DNA of 64,000 nt from Spirochaetota bacterium (GCA_026415295.1 JAOAHJ010000002.1:7509-71508); one strand, 5' to 3'. Shown: positions 30,307 to 41,883, numbered from the stretch's first letter. Notes: a model not told the origin generated them from the letters alone. A program made the numbers and translations.

Positions 30307-31068
30307 TTGAAAAAAAAAGATAAAAATCTATTTATTTTATTTTTAATTATTATACTTTTTGTTTTTAGCAATATCATAAATTTCAAAAATATTTATTTTT
30401 CTAACTTTTATATTGTTTTAGGGGAAACAAAAGATTGGTTCTATGAAATTTTTTCAATGCAAACACAAGATGAATCTGAAAAAAAAATAGATATCAAAAT
30501 AAAAAATGGTTTTTTCCCTTCTGGAATAGACTTTGATGGTTTAAACCTTACTATTTTATTTACAAAACTTTTTCCATATAAGATTAAAGAAATTTTAGAA
30601 TGGAAAATTGAATCCACAGAACCAAACAAAAAGAATATTATAGAACTTCTAAAAAAAAATATAGAAAATGGATTTTTTCCTATAAATATTTCATACTCTG
30701 ATTTTTTATTTATGGTTTTATTTATTAAATTTAAAGACCAACCTGCAATAAATTCATTTAATATTGGTATATACCCATATGATATTAATAAAAAAGAAGA
30801 ATCATTTAAGATTATCTCTAAAAATATTAACGACTATATAAAAAGAGGATATATAATAAACGGTTTTTCCTCTGATAAACAAAATTTTTATTTGCTTTTT
30901 ACTAAAACTCATTCTGATTTAAAAATAAAAAATTGGGCTATAGATTGGGTATTAATGCAAAACTACTCTTTTAACAATTACATGCTAGATATAAAAACAA
31001 AAAATAGAAAAATTATTGACATTAAACCTGATGATGAATTTTTAATACTTTTATGGATTGAAGAGTAA
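30307..31068 (+). CDS. Exported protein with four internal ~50-aa repeats
   Basis: N-terminal hydrophobic helix; repeats KNGFFPSGID..ILFTK, ENGFFPINIS..VLFIK and KRGYIINGFS..LLFTK, plus a degenerate fourth. Confidence 0.7.
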   Translation: MKKKDKNLFILFLIIILFVFSNIINFKNIYFSNFYIVLGETKDWFYEIFSMQTQDESEKKIDIKIKNGFFPSGIDFDGLNLTILFTKLFPYKIKEILEWKIESTEPNKKNIIELLKKNIENGFFPINISYSDFLFMVLFIKFKDQPAINSFNIGIYPYDINKKEESFKIISKNINDYIKRGYIINGFSSDKQNFYLLFTKTHSDLKIKNWAIDWVLMQNYSFNNYMLDIKTKNRKIIDIKPDDEFLILLWIEE

Positions 31069-32517
31069 AATATCTTTAATATTTTTCTTACTTATATTTT
31101 CATTGTTTTTTATTTTTTCACAAACAAAAAACATTTTCTCCTTAATAATATTACTTATGCTATAAAATTTTTTAACATTAGATACATTGTACTGTAAAAA
31201 AGCTTCATCATAATCAAGAAAATCATAAGTTATACCATTTTTAATAAATATTGCTTTTAAACCATCAACTAAAATTTGATAATCTTTTTTTAATATAAGA
31301 TCTCTCTTAAGTAAATTAAAAGTTTTCATTATATATGGATTGATTGAAAACTTTATAAATGATCCCTTTAATATTTTTTTTATCTGGAAAATAAATTGTT
31401 CAAATTTTTTAATCTCATCCTCAAATATTCCAATAATAAAATAAAACTTGAATCTATTAAATCCAAATTTTTTTGCAAAACTCAATATTTCAAAAATAAA
31501 ATTATCTGTTATTTTTTTGCCTAATATAAATCTATCTTCTTCAAATGGAGTTTCTGGAGCTAAAGTAATAGTGTTTATTTTAAAATCTTTATAGTACATT
31601 AATATTTCTAAATTTTGATTTTCTTCTTCTAATCTTAAAGATGAAAAATGAAAATTAACATTTGGAAATTTTATTCTCAATTTTTTTAAAAAATCTATTT
31701 CTATTGGATAAGCAGATAAAATACCAATATCATTTTTATATTTACAAGCTTTAGATATTAAATTAAATAAAACTTGTTCATTAAATATTCTATGATTTTT
31801 AGAACTTAACCAATAGTTACAAAATCTACATTTAAATTTACAACCTCTTGAATATTCAATAAAGAAATAAAAATTCTTATTATTTAAATCAAGATAATAA
31901 GTATAAGATGGATTAAAAAAATCTTTACTTATAATTCTTCTATTAAAAATATAAGAATAATAACAGAAAAATTTTTTATATAAAGGCTCTATAATTAGTT
32001 CATTAGGCTTTAAACATCTATTTCTTAACTCTATCAAATCCTTAATTTCATCAATTTCTCCAATAAAAACAAAATCAGCAATCAACCCAAAAATGAATGG
32101 ATTTAATAAAACAGAAGCTCCACCAATAAATATTTCTAATTTATTATCTTTTTCATTATTTCTCAATTCATTCAAAATAGTAATTTTTTCTAAATAAAAA
32201 GCAAAAAGAATATTAATTAAATCATACTCATAGGATATTGAAATAAAAATAATTTTGAAATCTTTTAAACTTTTATCTGTATCTGGTGAAAAAATTTTAT
32301 CATTATCAAAAAAAAATCTTGATACTGTAAAATTCCATTGATTTAATTTTTCATATACCTTCTGAAAACCAAGATTAGTAGAACCAATATAGTAATTATT
32401 TGGGAAAAAAAGAGCTACATTCTCACCTTTTTTTTCTCTATTTAATAAAAATATTTCTTTAATATTTTTTGAGTTTACACTGTTTACTTTTAATTTTTTA
32501 CTATAATATTTTTTCAC
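31051..32517 (-). CDS. Radical SAM protein (divergent; B12-binding-like N-terminus)
   Basis: FPNNYYIGSTNLG, GGA, SRGCKFKCRFC (CxxxCxxC), SSLR, TLAPE and KFYFIIG. Confidence 0.85.
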   Translation of the reverse strand: MKKYYSKKLKVNSVNSKNIKEIFLLNREKKGENVALFFPNNYYIGSTNLGFQKVYEKLNQWNFTVSRFFFDNDKIFSPDTDKSLKDFKIIFISISYEYDLINILFAFYLEKITILNELRNNEKDNKLEIFIGGASVLLNPFIFGLIADFVFIGEIDEIKDLIELRNRCLKPNELIIEPLYKKFFCYYSYIFNRRIISKDFFNPSYTYYLDLNNKNFYFFIEYSRGCKFKCRFCNYWLSSKNHRIFNEQVLFNLISKACKYKNDIGILSAYPIEIDFLKKLRIKFPNVNFHFSSLRLEEENQNLEILMYYKDFKINTITLAPETPFEEDRFILGKKITDNFIFEILSFAKKFGFNRFKFYFIIGIFEDEIKKFEQFIFQIKKILKGSFIKFSINPYIMKTFNLLKRDLILKKDYQILVDGLKAIFIKNGITYDFLDYDEAFLQYNVSNVKKFYSISNIIKEKMFFVCEKIKNNENISKKNIKDILLFNP

Positions 32518-32608
32518 AATAATCTTATTTTATTTCTTATCTAATAAAGTTGACTAATTAAATTTATTACATTTATTTAAGTTATTTTCCTTTAATCTTT
32601 TATTTTAT

Positions 32609-33763
32609 CTAATTATTTTTAATTGCTTTATTTTTAATAAAAGAAGGAATATCATCTTCTCCAATATTAACACCTTTTAAAAATTCAACATGATTATAAG
32701 GGAAAATATTGGTATTTGAATTAACAACTTTCTTTACATTATCCTTTAATATTTCTTGAGATATAATTTCTTCCTTTTGAGTTGAAAAGCCTGTAGCTAT
32801 AATTGTAATTCTAATTTTCTCCTTTTCTTTAAATTTTTCATTTCTAATAACCCCTGGAATAATAATAGCATCTGGATCCATTCTTTGAGCAACCATATTC
32901 ATTGCTTCATTATATTCAGTCATTTGAAAATCATCTCCACATTCAATATTAACTATTGCAGATTTGGCTCCATCAAGAGTAGCATTTTCTATTAAATTGT
33001 TTGTTATAGCATTTGTAACCGCTTCAACTACCCTGTTCTCACCAGTACCTTCACCTATTCCCATAAGTGCATAACCAGAATCTTTCATAACTGTTTTAAC
33101 ATCTTGAAAATCTACATTTATATAACCATGTTTGGTTAAAAGATCGGATAAACCTTGTACAGAATGTCTTAAAATATCATCAGCTAAAGCAAATGCATTA
33201 AAAAATGTTATTGAAGCCCTAGTTAATTCGCTAATTCTATCATTAGGAATAACGATCAATGTATCTACAAAACTTCTTAATTTTCTTATTCCTTCTTCTG
33301 CTTTCTCAATTTTTTTCTTTCCCTCATGTTTAAAAGGTTTTGTAACAACAGCAACAGTTAAGCAACCTATCTCTTTTGCTATTTTAGCAACTACTGGTGC
33401 AGCTCCAGTTCCTGTACCTCCACCCATTCCAGCAGTTATAAAAACAAGATCTGCACCTTTTAATGCTTCTCTAATTTTATTTTGATCTTCCTCAGCAGCC
33501 TTCTCACCAAGTTCAGGATTTGCACCAGCACCTAACCCTTTTGTTACTTTAGTTCCAATTTGTATCTTTATTTGAGCTTTTGAATTACTTAGAGCTTGTT
33601 TGTCTGTATTAATTGCTATAAAAGTAACATCTTCAAGATTTTCTTTAATCATATGATTTACAGCATTTTGACCAGCTCCACCGACCCCTACTACCTTTAT
33701 AACAGGGATTGGATAATTTAGATCCTCTGGAATATCTACATTAATGTTAAAATTCTCAACCAT
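32609..33763 (-). CDS. ftsZ: Cell division protein FtsZ
   Basis: [24 protein letters not shown] and C-terminal DIPSFI. Confidence 0.98.
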   Translation of the reverse strand: MVENFNINVDIPEDLNYPIPVIKVVGVGGAGQNAVNHMIKENLEDVTFIAINTDKQALSNSKAQIKIQIGTKVTKGLGAGANPELGEKAAEEDQNKIREALKGADLVFITAGMGGGTGTGAAPVVAKIAKEIGCLTVAVVTKPFKHEGKKKIEKAEEGIRKLRSFVDTLIVIPNDRISELTRASITFFNAFALADDILRHSVQGLSDLLTKHGYINVDFQDVKTVMKDSGYALMGIGEGTGENRVVEAVTNAITNNLIENATLDGAKSAIVNIECGDDFQMTEYNEAMNMVAQRMDPDAIIIPGVIRNEKFKEKEKIRITIIATGFSTQKEEIISQEILKDNVKKVVNSNTNIFPYNHVEFLKGVNIGEDDIPSFIKNKAIKNN

Positions 33764-33921
33764 AAATCCCCCTCCCCTTAATATATGAAATATAGGATAT
33801 TTAAAATATAAATAAAAAAGTTAATTAAAATTAAATTAAAAATTAGCTAATTTAAAAATTAATTTAAAAAATTTAAAATAAATATCAAATAATTATTTCT
33901 AATTATTTTTAATAATATAAA

Positions 33922-35151
33922 CTAAGATTTAAAAAAATCCATAAATTTTTTTAAAGATTTTAATATTCCACCATTTTCTTCTTTTTTATAATCTTCTTTA
34001 TCAAACTTTACTAATTTTAACAATCCATAAGCTACAGAATATTGAGGGTCATATACTCTATTGTCTACTGTTTTAAAACCAACTGGCTTTCCTAGTCTTA
34101 CTGGATAATTTAAAAATTTATTACAAAAACTTTCCAAACCTTTAATTTTTGATCCTCCTCCAGTAATAACAATGCCTGCAGTTATATAATCTTTTAAGTT
34201 ATTATTAATAATTTGATCTACTACCAAAGAAAATATATCTTTTAATCTTTCCTCAATTATTTGAGAAAGGTATTTCCTTTTTTCAAGTCGTGCTGGACTT
34301 GCACCAATCTGTGGGAGTTCAAACTTTTCAGTTTCATCAATATCATCAGAATTAGCATATCCTGCAAAAATTTTTATTTTTTCAGCTTCCTTTATAGGAA
34401 CTTTTAGTAATATTGCAATATCTTTAGTAATATTAAATGAACCCATTGGAATAACAGAAGTATGATATACAGATCCATTATAAAAACAAATAATATCTGT
34501 AGTTTCTGCTCCAATATCTACAAGTAATACCCCCAATTCTTTTTCATCTTCCATTAAACAAGCTTCAGCTGAAGCTATAGATGATATAACAAGATCATTT
34601 ATATTATAATTAGCTCTTGCTATTGCACTTTTTAAATTTTTAATTAAGGCTGATGAACCAGTAACAAGGTGGCATGAACCTTCAAGTCTAACCCCACTCA
34701 TTCCTAAAGGATTTTTTATAGCGTCCTGGTTATCAACGATGTACTCCTGTTCAAGTACATGTATTATTTCTCTACCTTTTGGAACAACAATAGTCCTTGC
34801 TGCTTCAATAACCCTTACAATATCATCTTCTGAAACTTCATTATTTTTCCCAGTAATTGCAACAACACCTTTAGAATTTATACCAAAAAGATGATCTCCA
34901 CCAATATTAACAATAAGTGAATCAACTTCAATACCTGACATTATTTCAGCTTCTTCAGTTGATTTTTTTATAGATTTAGTAGTTGCTTCAATATTAACAA
35001 TAACCCCCTTTTTAATACCTTTAGATTCATCCTCACCTATTCCAACGATTGATATTGAATCTTCTTGATCATCATATTTACCTATAAGTGTACAAATTTT
35101 ACTTGAACCAATATCACAAGCAGCTATAATTTTTGGTTTACCCATCATCAT
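33922..35151 (-). CDS. ftsA: Cell division protein FtsA
   Basis: DIGSSK, PLGMSGVRLE, VDIGAETT and GIVITGGGS. Confidence 0.97.
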   Translation of the reverse strand: MMMGKPKIIAACDIGSSKICTLIGKYDDQEDSISIVGIGEDESKGIKKGVIVNIEATTKSIKKSTEEAEIMSGIEVDSLIVNIGGDHLFGINSKGVVAITGKNNEVSEDDIVRVIEAARTIVVPKGREIIHVLEQEYIVDNQDAIKNPLGMSGVRLEGSCHLVTGSSALIKNLKSAIARANYNINDLVISSIASAEACLMEDEKELGVLLVDIGAETTDIICFYNGSVYHTSVIPMGSFNITKDIAILLKVPIKEAEKIKIFAGYANSDDIDETEKFELPQIGASPARLEKRKYLSQIIEERLKDIFSLVVDQIINNNLKDYITAGIVITGGGSKIKGLESFCNKFLNYPVRLGKPVGFKTVDNRVYDPQYSVAYGLLKLVKFDKEDYKKEENGGILKSLKKFMDFFKS

Positions 35152-35942
35152 TCCTTTTCAACAATTCTCCCAATGTTACTTATCGATAAATCTAAATACT
35201 TTATTTTATCATTATCTCCAATAATTTTACTTATTAAAATTAAATTTTCAATCTTTTCTTTATTAAAATAAGTTCCAAATTTAGTATAAAAATTTATATT
35301 ATTTAAATAAATATATATTTCTCCATTTTTAAATATCTTAATTTGAGATATTATCTTTCTATAATACTTATCTTCAGAAACAAATAAAAACCATTCAGGC
35401 AAGTTAATTTTTTTGCCAATTTCTGGTATAACATTTTCTATTGTAACAATTGGATAATTTAATAAATCAATTGATAAACATTTTTCTAAAATATATCCAT
35501 CAGATGATAAATAATAAAAAACTCCATTATTTTCATCGTAAAAAATAAAACTTTTTTCTTTTTCAAATATTTCTATCAATATATTATTTAGAAAAAAAAA
35601 CTTTATTTTAACATCTTTCACATAATATAAACTTTTTATGCTTTCTTTCAACTTTCTAGAAAAAAAATTTATAATAATTAAACTATCTAAATTATTTTCT
35701 TTAATAAAATCCTCAGATGATTTAACAGTTAAACCTTTAACCAATATTTTTTCTGGATATAAAATTTTTTTTCCTGTTACTTCTTCATAAATAATAATAA
35801 AATAAAATAGAATAAAAAAAATTATTATTGTAATTAAAAAAAATACTTTTAAAAATTTTAATAGACTTAATTTTTTTTCTTTATTTGACTTTTCTTTTGA
35901 ATTAATTCTTTTGTAAATATTATCTTTAATTTCATATTTCAT
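35148..35942 (-). CDS. ftsQ: Cell division protein FtsQ/DivIB
   Basis: TM helix, POTRA-like region and C-terminal YLDL; located between ftsW and ftsA. Confidence 0.8.
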   Translation of the reverse strand: MKYEIKDNIYKRINSKEKSNKEKKLSLLKFLKVFFLITIIIFFILFYFIIIYEEVTGKKILYPEKILVKGLTVKSSEDFIKENNLDSLIIINFFSRKLKESIKSLYYVKDVKIKFFFLNNILIEIFEKEKSFIFYDENNGVFYYLSSDGYILEKCLSIDLLNYPIVTIENVIPEIGKKINLPEWFLFVSEDKYYRKIISQIKIFKNGEIYIYLNNINFYTKFGTYFNKEKIENLILISKIIGDNDKIKYLDLSISNIGRIVEKE

Positions 35943-37056
35943 AATTATCTTTTTCTTTTATTTCTATTAGTTCCTCATTTGAAAAATAATTTACTTTTAA
36001 TAATATCCATATCATTATTATAAAAATTAAATTTGAACTACCACCATATGAAACGAAAGGCAAAGTAAGTCCTGTTGGCGGTAAAAGACCTATTGAAACA
36101 AAAATATTTAAAATTGCCTGAATGACTATTAAGGCTATAATAAAAAAGGAAATCAAAAAACAAAAATTATCTTTCTGTCTTTTTACAATTCTAATTCCAG
36201 ATAAAAAAATTAAAATATAAATTATAATAATAGAAATACCACCTATTAATCCTAATTCTTCATTTATTGCAGCAAAAATAAAATCAGAATAAGAAAGAGG
36301 AAGAACGTTTCCTGAAAAGATAGTTGTACCAACCCCTTTACCAGAAAAACCCCCACTTACGATAGCAGTAAAAGATTTTATTACCTGATAGCCAATATCA
36401 TCAGAATATCTAAAAGGATCAAAAAAAGCAAGTAATCTATAACTCCTATAACCACTATATATTGATAAAATTACAAATAAACAAGTTCCAAAAGTAAGCA
36501 AATAAAATATATATAAAAAAGGAACTCCTATTATAAAATAAGAAACTATTAAAAACATAGAGAAAAGTATAGCTGTTGATAAATCTTTTTGTAAAATTAT
36601 TAAAACAACATAAATTAAAGTTAAAATCAGTGGAAATAAAAATTCTTTATCATAGTTAAAAACTCTAGATTTTTTCTCACTCATTATAACTGAAAACACC
36701 AATATAATTGTAAGCTTTGCTAATTCTGATGGTTGAAAAGAAAAAAAACCTATTCTTATCCATCTATATGAATTATTTACAGAAAAGCTATTTTTAAAAA
36801 TTATTGGAATAAGAAGTAAAATAAAATTTAAAACATAAATTAATATATAATTTTTTTTTATTAAACTAAAAAATCCTTTATAAAAAAAAATAATTACCCC
36901 TAAAATATTAGCAATAAAAATAATAACAACATGTTTTAATAGAAAAACTTTAGAAAGAGTTCGAGAATAAACCATTAATGAACCTATTGAAACTAAAACA
37001 AAAATAAGTATTAAAACTGAATAGTCATATTCATTTTTTTTTATATTTTGTATCAT
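35932..37056 (-). CDS. ftsW: FtsW (SEDS peptidoglycan polymerase)
   Basis: RWI..FQPSELAK, SDFIFA..EELG and PPTGLTLPFVSYGGS. Confidence 0.95.
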   Translation of the reverse strand: MIQNIKKNEYDYSVLILIFVLVSIGSLMVYSRTLSKVFLLKHVVIIFIANILGVIIFFYKGFFSLIKKNYILIYVLNFILLLIPIIFKNSFSVNNSYRWIRIGFFSFQPSELAKLTIILVFSVIMSEKKSRVFNYDKEFLFPLILTLIYVVLIILQKDLSTAILFSMFLIVSYFIIGVPFLYIFYLLTFGTCLFVILSIYSGYRSYRLLAFFDPFRYSDDIGYQVIKSFTAIVSGGFSGKGVGTTIFSGNVLPLSYSDFIFAAINEELGLIGGISIIIIYILIFLSGIRIVKRQKDNFCFLISFFIIALIVIQAILNIFVSIGLLPPTGLTLPFVSYGGSSNLIFIIMIWILLKVNYFSNEELIEIKEKDNYEI

Positions 37057-37071
37057 AAAAAATTAAATATA

Positions 37072-38643
37072 TTAATTAAAATATATTTCAGTAATAAATT
37101 TTTTTAAATTAATACCATGCGAACCTTTAATAAAAAATAATTTTTTCATTCTTTCACTATTTATTAAATTTAAAAAGTCCTTATTATCATTAATAAAAAT
37201 ATTAAAAAAATTAATAAAATCATCAACTTTATTAAAAAAAGCAAAATAGCTACCAATTATCTTGTTATTTTTTATAATAATTTTTTTGTTTTTTTCTAAA
37301 TTAAACTTTTTTATAAAAGATAAACTATTGAAAACTTTTTCATTTTTTATAAATATCTTAAAAAACATTTCCCCCACATAAAAAATTAAGGAATTTTTTC
37401 TAAATAAAATATCTAATAAAAATTTTTTATGAAATTTTTCAGATTTTTCTCCAAGTTCAAGCATATCACCTAATACAATTATTTTATAAAAATTCTTATA
37501 ATTACTGAAAATCCAATTTAGAAATATCTTAAGAGAATCTGGATTAGAATTATAACAATCTTCTATAAAAACTAAGTTATTAAAATATTCATTTTTAATA
37601 ACCTTTATATTTGCTCTACCTTCTGGTAACTCTATATTATTAATATTTTCAATTAACAACATTTCATCATCTATAAAAGTTTTAGCAATTTCATAGCAAT
37701 AATAAAAATTTTTAATATTATGTTCTCCAATAAAAGGTAAACGTACAATATTATTATTTATTTTAACAAAAGATGAAAAAGAATCTTCGAATTTTTCTTT
37801 AATTATATTTATTTCCTCTAGTTTTTTTATTATTTTAAATTTTGATCTATTAATTTTTTCTATTTTTATCTTTCTAAAATTAAAAGATTTATCTTTAAAT
37901 ATTTTTTTTAAAAATTTGTCATCCATATTAATAAAAAATATATTATCTTTTTCAAAATTTTTTGTTATTGAAACTTTTTCTACAAAAATATTTTTTTTAT
38001 TTTTAAAAAATTCAAGATGAGTATTACCTATACATGTAATAAAAGCATAATCAATTCTAATAATATCTACAATTTCTTGAATTTCACCAGGATGATTTGT
38101 TCCTATCTCAAGAATAAGGAAATCGTAAATAGAATCTTCATTTTTAGAAACATCATTAGTAATATTTAATTCATTTACAAAATAAAATAAAGTATTAGCT
38201 ATGCCTATTATATTATTATAGTTTTTTTCATTCATTAAAACTTTATATTTGCTTGATAACAATTTATAAAGAAAATACTTGCAAGTAGTTTTTCCATAAG
38301 AACCAGTTATTCCAAATATTTTAATATTTTTTTTAAAATCATAATATGCAAGTCTTAAATAATCTCTATTAGGATTTTTTGAAACTATTATATTTTTAAA
38401 ACTTTTTAGAATTTTTTCTCTGTTTTTTTGAAAAAAATTATCATTTATTAAAATCCCTGAAACTCTATTATTGATTTCAAAAATAAATTCTGAGCCATCA
38501 AACTTTTCACCCTTTAAACCTATAAAGAAATCTCCATCCTTAATCTTCCTTGTATCAGTGGATACTGATTTTATAATAAAATCTTGATCTCCATAAAATT
38601 CTAATCCAAGATTTAAACAGACATTGTAAAGTTTTGTAACCAT
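37072..38643 (-). CDS. murF: UDP-MurNAc-tripeptide--D-Ala-D-Ala ligase
   Basis: DTR, GITGSYGKTT, NYNN.IG, EIG.NHPGEI, DCYNSNP, LGDMLELG and IKGS. Confidence 0.92.
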   Translation of the reverse strand: MVTKLYNVCLNLGLEFYGDQDFIIKSVSTDTRKIKDGDFFIGLKGEKFDGSEFIFEINNRVSGILINDNFFQKNREKILKSFKNIIVSKNPNRDYLRLAYYDFKKNIKIFGITGSYGKTTCKYFLYKLLSSKYKVLMNEKNYNNIIGIANTLFYFVNELNITNDVSKNEDSIYDFLILEIGTNHPGEIQEIVDIIRIDYAFITCIGNTHLEFFKNKKNIFVEKVSITKNFEKDNIFFINMDDKFLKKIFKDKSFNFRKIKIEKINRSKFKIIKKLEEINIIKEKFEDSFSSFVKINNNIVRLPFIGEHNIKNFYYCYEIAKTFIDDEMLLIENINNIELPEGRANIKVIKNEYFNNLVFIEDCYNSNPDSLKIFLNWIFSNYKNFYKIIVLGDMLELGEKSEKFHKKFLLDILFRKNSLIFYVGEMFFKIFIKNEKVFNSLSFIKKFNLEKNKKIIIKNNKIIGSYFAFFNKVDDFINFFNIFINDNKDFLNLINSERMKKLFFIKGSHGINLKKFITEIYFN

Positions 38644-38671
38644 TAAAATCCTCTAAATAAATTGTTTTACT

Positions 38672-40549
38672 CTATTCTAATAATTTAATAAATTTACAAA
38701 CTTCTTCTTGATCTGAAAAGTGGTATTTTATACCCTTAATTTCCTGGTAGTCTTCATGCCCTTTTCCAGCAATTAAGCCAGCAGAATATTCTAAAAATCC
38801 TAGTAAATATGAGCATATAAAAATAGCCTTTCTTCTATCTTCCTCAATAATTACAACTTTTTCATTATTTTTTAATCTTTTTATTATAAATTCAACCTTT
38901 TCTTTGTCAAATTTATAAAATATGTTATCTAATTCAGCATCAAATTCATTCAAAATATCATTTCCTTTAATTTTAAAAGATTTTATATCATCAATACCAT
39001 CTATTATTTCATTTATTATTTCAGAAGGATTCTCGTTTCTTGGATTATCAGATGTAATTATTACTAAATTAGAATTTTCATAAGCTATCTTTCCCATTTC
39101 TGGCCTCTTAGATTTATCTCTATCACCCCCACAACCAAAAACTGTTAAAATATAATTATAATTTTCATCTTTTAAAACATTAATTGAAGTATATAGAGAG
39201 TTAGAAGTGTGAGCATAATCAACATATATATCGTTAGATTTAAAATTTATCTTTTCAAGTCTTCCTTTGATGTAAAAATTAAAAAATTTATTATTAATAT
39301 TTTTTATTTTTCTATATTTTAGAAAATATAAAGCGATTGAGGTAATAATATTGTAACCATTAAATTTTCCAATTAAGCTTGTTTTTATAGTAATAAAAAA
39401 TTTATTGAAAAATTTAATTTTATATTCAGTAACACCTCTTAATGAAGATATTTTTTCTATATTAAAATCAGCATCTTTACTATAGCCATATGTATAAAGC
39501 TTAATACTATTATATTTTTTAACATAATCTCTTACTAGATAAAAATTTCTATCATCAATATTCGCAAGAACAAATTTATTTTTTTTATTTGAAATACTTA
39601 AAATATCAATTATCTTTAGTTTTGCATTATAATAATTCTCAAGAGTTTTATGAAAATCAAGATGATCTGAAGTCATATTGGTAAAAACAAGGCCATCAAA
39701 ATAAATAGAATGAAACCTAAATAGTTCAGAGCCTATTGAAGTAACTTCCATAAAAATATTCTTAGATTGATTCAAATTTGAAATTATTTCAAATAAATCC
39801 CAAATCTCTGGACTAGTAGGAGTTGAGAAAATAAAATTTATATCTTTTTCACATTCATTAACTCCTAATGTACCAATTGATGAACTATTTTTATTATAAA
39901 AATTAAAAAGTTGTCTTGTTATATTAACTGTTGATGTTTTTCCATCAGTTCCAGTAACCCCTATTATAAATTTTTTTTCATCTATAAAGTAATTAATAAA
40001 TTTTACTAAAAAATTATATAAAAGTTTAGTATTATTGCAATTTATAAATATTTTATTAATATCAATTAACTTATTCTCTTTTGATGATTCATTTGACTTT
40101 AATAATTCAGAAATATTATTACAATCAATAGAAAAATATTCTTTAATAAAAGCTATAAACGACTTATATCTTTTGTTTTTATATAATATTTCTTCATTAA
40201 AATCTAGAATTAAAATATCAGATAAACTAAAAATCTTCTCAAATTCATCATAAGGATTAAATCTATTTCCTTTTATAAAAACAAATATTTTGTTAATTTT
40301 GATTTTATTTTTTTTAAAAAATTCTTCTTTTTCAATAAAATTGTCATTATTTGAACTATATAATTTCCTTGTGTCGTGAAAAATATAATCTCTATTTATA
40401 AATATATTTTGATTTTTTATATTATGTGCTGAAAAATAGAAATTTTTATCAATAACTTTTATTTTTTCAATATTTTTATTTAAATAACAAACAAATTTAT
40501 TAAAAAGTAAATTTTTATTTTTTTTTATTTTAAAACTAAAATTTGTCAA
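38672..40549 (-). CDS. murE: UDP-MurNAc-dipeptide--meso-DAP ligase (expanded)
   Basis: GVTGTDGKTS, DHLDFH, VDYAHT, FGCGGDRD, SDNPR and IAGKGHE. Confidence 0.93.
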   Translation of the reverse strand: MTNFSFKIKKNKNLLFNKFVCYLNKNIEKIKVIDKNFYFSAHNIKNQNIFINRDYIFHDTRKLYSSNNDNFIEKEEFFKKNKIKINKIFVFIKGNRFNPYDEFEKIFSLSDILILDFNEEILYKNKRYKSFIAFIKEYFSIDCNNISELLKSNESSKENKLIDINKIFINCNNTKLLYNFLVKFINYFIDEKKFIIGVTGTDGKTSTVNITRQLFNFYNKNSSSIGTLGVNECEKDINFIFSTPTSPEIWDLFEIISNLNQSKNIFMEVTSIGSELFRFHSIYFDGLVFTNMTSDHLDFHKTLENYYNAKLKIIDILSISNKKNKFVLANIDDRNFYLVRDYVKKYNSIKLYTYGYSKDADFNIEKISSLRGVTEYKIKFFNKFFITIKTSLIGKFNGYNIITSIALYFLKYRKIKNINNKFFNFYIKGRLEKINFKSNDIYVDYAHTSNSLYTSINVLKDENYNYILTVFGCGGDRDKSKRPEMGKIAYENSNLVIITSDNPRNENPSEIINEIIDGIDDIKSFKIKGNDILNEFDAELDNIFYKFDKEKVEFIIKRLKNNEKVVIIEEDRRKAIFICSYLLGFLEYSAGLIAGKGHEDYQEIKGIKYHFSDQEEVCKFIKLLE

Positions 40550-40587
40550 TTTCCCACTCCCTAGAACAAAATAAATATTTAAAAAAA

Positions 40588-40842
40588 CTAATTCCTTTTT
40601 TCCAAAATTAAAATATCATCTTTTTCTACTTCTATCAGATTTTCATCCCTTAAATTTTCATTAATTCTTATTTTTGATAGCATTTTTTCTTTTATCATCT
40701 TGAGATTTTCATTTTCTTCTTTTAACCTATTTATTTTTGAATCAATTTCAAAAATCTCTTTTTTCAAATTTATTATTTTATATGAAATAAAAAAACTAAA
40801 CAAAAATAATATTACCAATAATAAAAAATTAATGATTTTCAT
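40588..40842 (-). CDS. ftsL: FtsL-like small membrane coiled-coil protein
   Basis: TM helix plus coiled coil, immediately after rsmH. Confidence 0.7.
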   Translation of the reverse strand: MKIINFLLLVILFLFSFFISYKIINLKKEIFEIDSKINRLKEENENLKMIKEKMLSKIRINENLRDENLIEVEKDDILILEKRN

Positions 40843-41752
40843 AGTTAATCCCTTGTAACATCTTTATTTTTTCATAAATCCTCAATTTTGCAGATCTTGA
40901 AGATGGATTAAGCTTTATTTCCTCAGAATCAGCTAATATCGGTTTCTTAAAAACTTTAACAAAATATCCTTCCTTTTCAAGATCTAGAAATTTCTTCTTA
41001 ACAATCCTATCCTCAAGAGAATGATAGCTTAATATAAATATTCTACCTTTTAATATCGTCCTATCAGGAATAAAAGATAAAACTTTTTCTAAGTTTTCAA
41101 GTTCATTATTTACATATATTCTTAATGCTTGAAAAACTCTAGTCGCTGGGTTTATTTTATAATTTCTCTTAAAACCTACAGCTTTTTTAACTATATTTTC
41201 TAACTGGGAAGTTTTCATTATTTTAATTTTTTTTCTTTCTTCAACAATAAAATGAGCGATCTTTCTTGAGTATCTTTCTTCTCCATATTTATAAAAAATA
41301 TCAGAAAGTTCTTTTTCAGTAAATTTATTTATAATTTCATATGCTGGGATTTTAGCATATTTTGATAATCTCATATCAAGAATTTGATCTTCTAAAAAAG
41401 TAATACCTTTTTTTGATTCTTTAATATGATACATTGATATTCCAAGATCAAATATAGAGAAAGAAACAAAATTTAAATCCAATTTATTTAAAATTTCAGG
41501 TATTTTTACAAAGTTATCATTAAACAAAAAAACTCTGTCTTCATATATCTTCATATTTTTTTGTGCTATTGAAAAAACTTCCTCATCTTGTTCTATACCT
41601 ATTATTTTAATATTCGGGAACTTTTCAAGTAGAATTTTACTATAACCTCCCTCTCCAAAGCAAGCATCAAGGATATAAATTTCACCTTTTATAGCATCTA
41701 TATTTATGTTTTCAATTATTTTATTAATTAATACAGGCTTATGCCAATCCAT
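40829..41752 (-). CDS. rsmH: 16S rRNA m4C1402 methyltransferase
   Basis: HKPVL, DLGIS, LDMR, YGEE, ATRVFQALRI.VN.EL, YHSLEDR and SRSAKLR. Confidence 0.97.
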   Translation of the reverse strand: MDWHKPVLINKIIENINIDAIKGEIYILDACFGEGGYSKILLEKFPNIKIIGIEQDEEVFSIAQKNMKIYEDRVFLFNDNFVKIPEILNKLDLNFVSFSIFDLGISMYHIKESKKGITFLEDQILDMRLSKYAKIPAYEIINKFTEKELSDIFYKYGEERYSRKIAHFIVEERKKIKIMKTSQLENIVKKAVGFKRNYKINPATRVFQALRIYVNNELENLEKVLSFIPDRTILKGRIFILSYHSLEDRIVKKKFLDLEKEGYFVKVFKKPILADSEEIKLNPSSRSAKLRIYEKIKMLQGINYENH

Positions 41753-41883
41753 TCTAAAACCTTAAATAAAAAATATTTAAAAATATAAATATAATTAATT
41801 TAAAAATTATTAATATTGAAAGAAAATTAAAAAATTAAATAAAATAAATTTATTTTTTTTTTGGGAAATAATAAACCAAAAAA

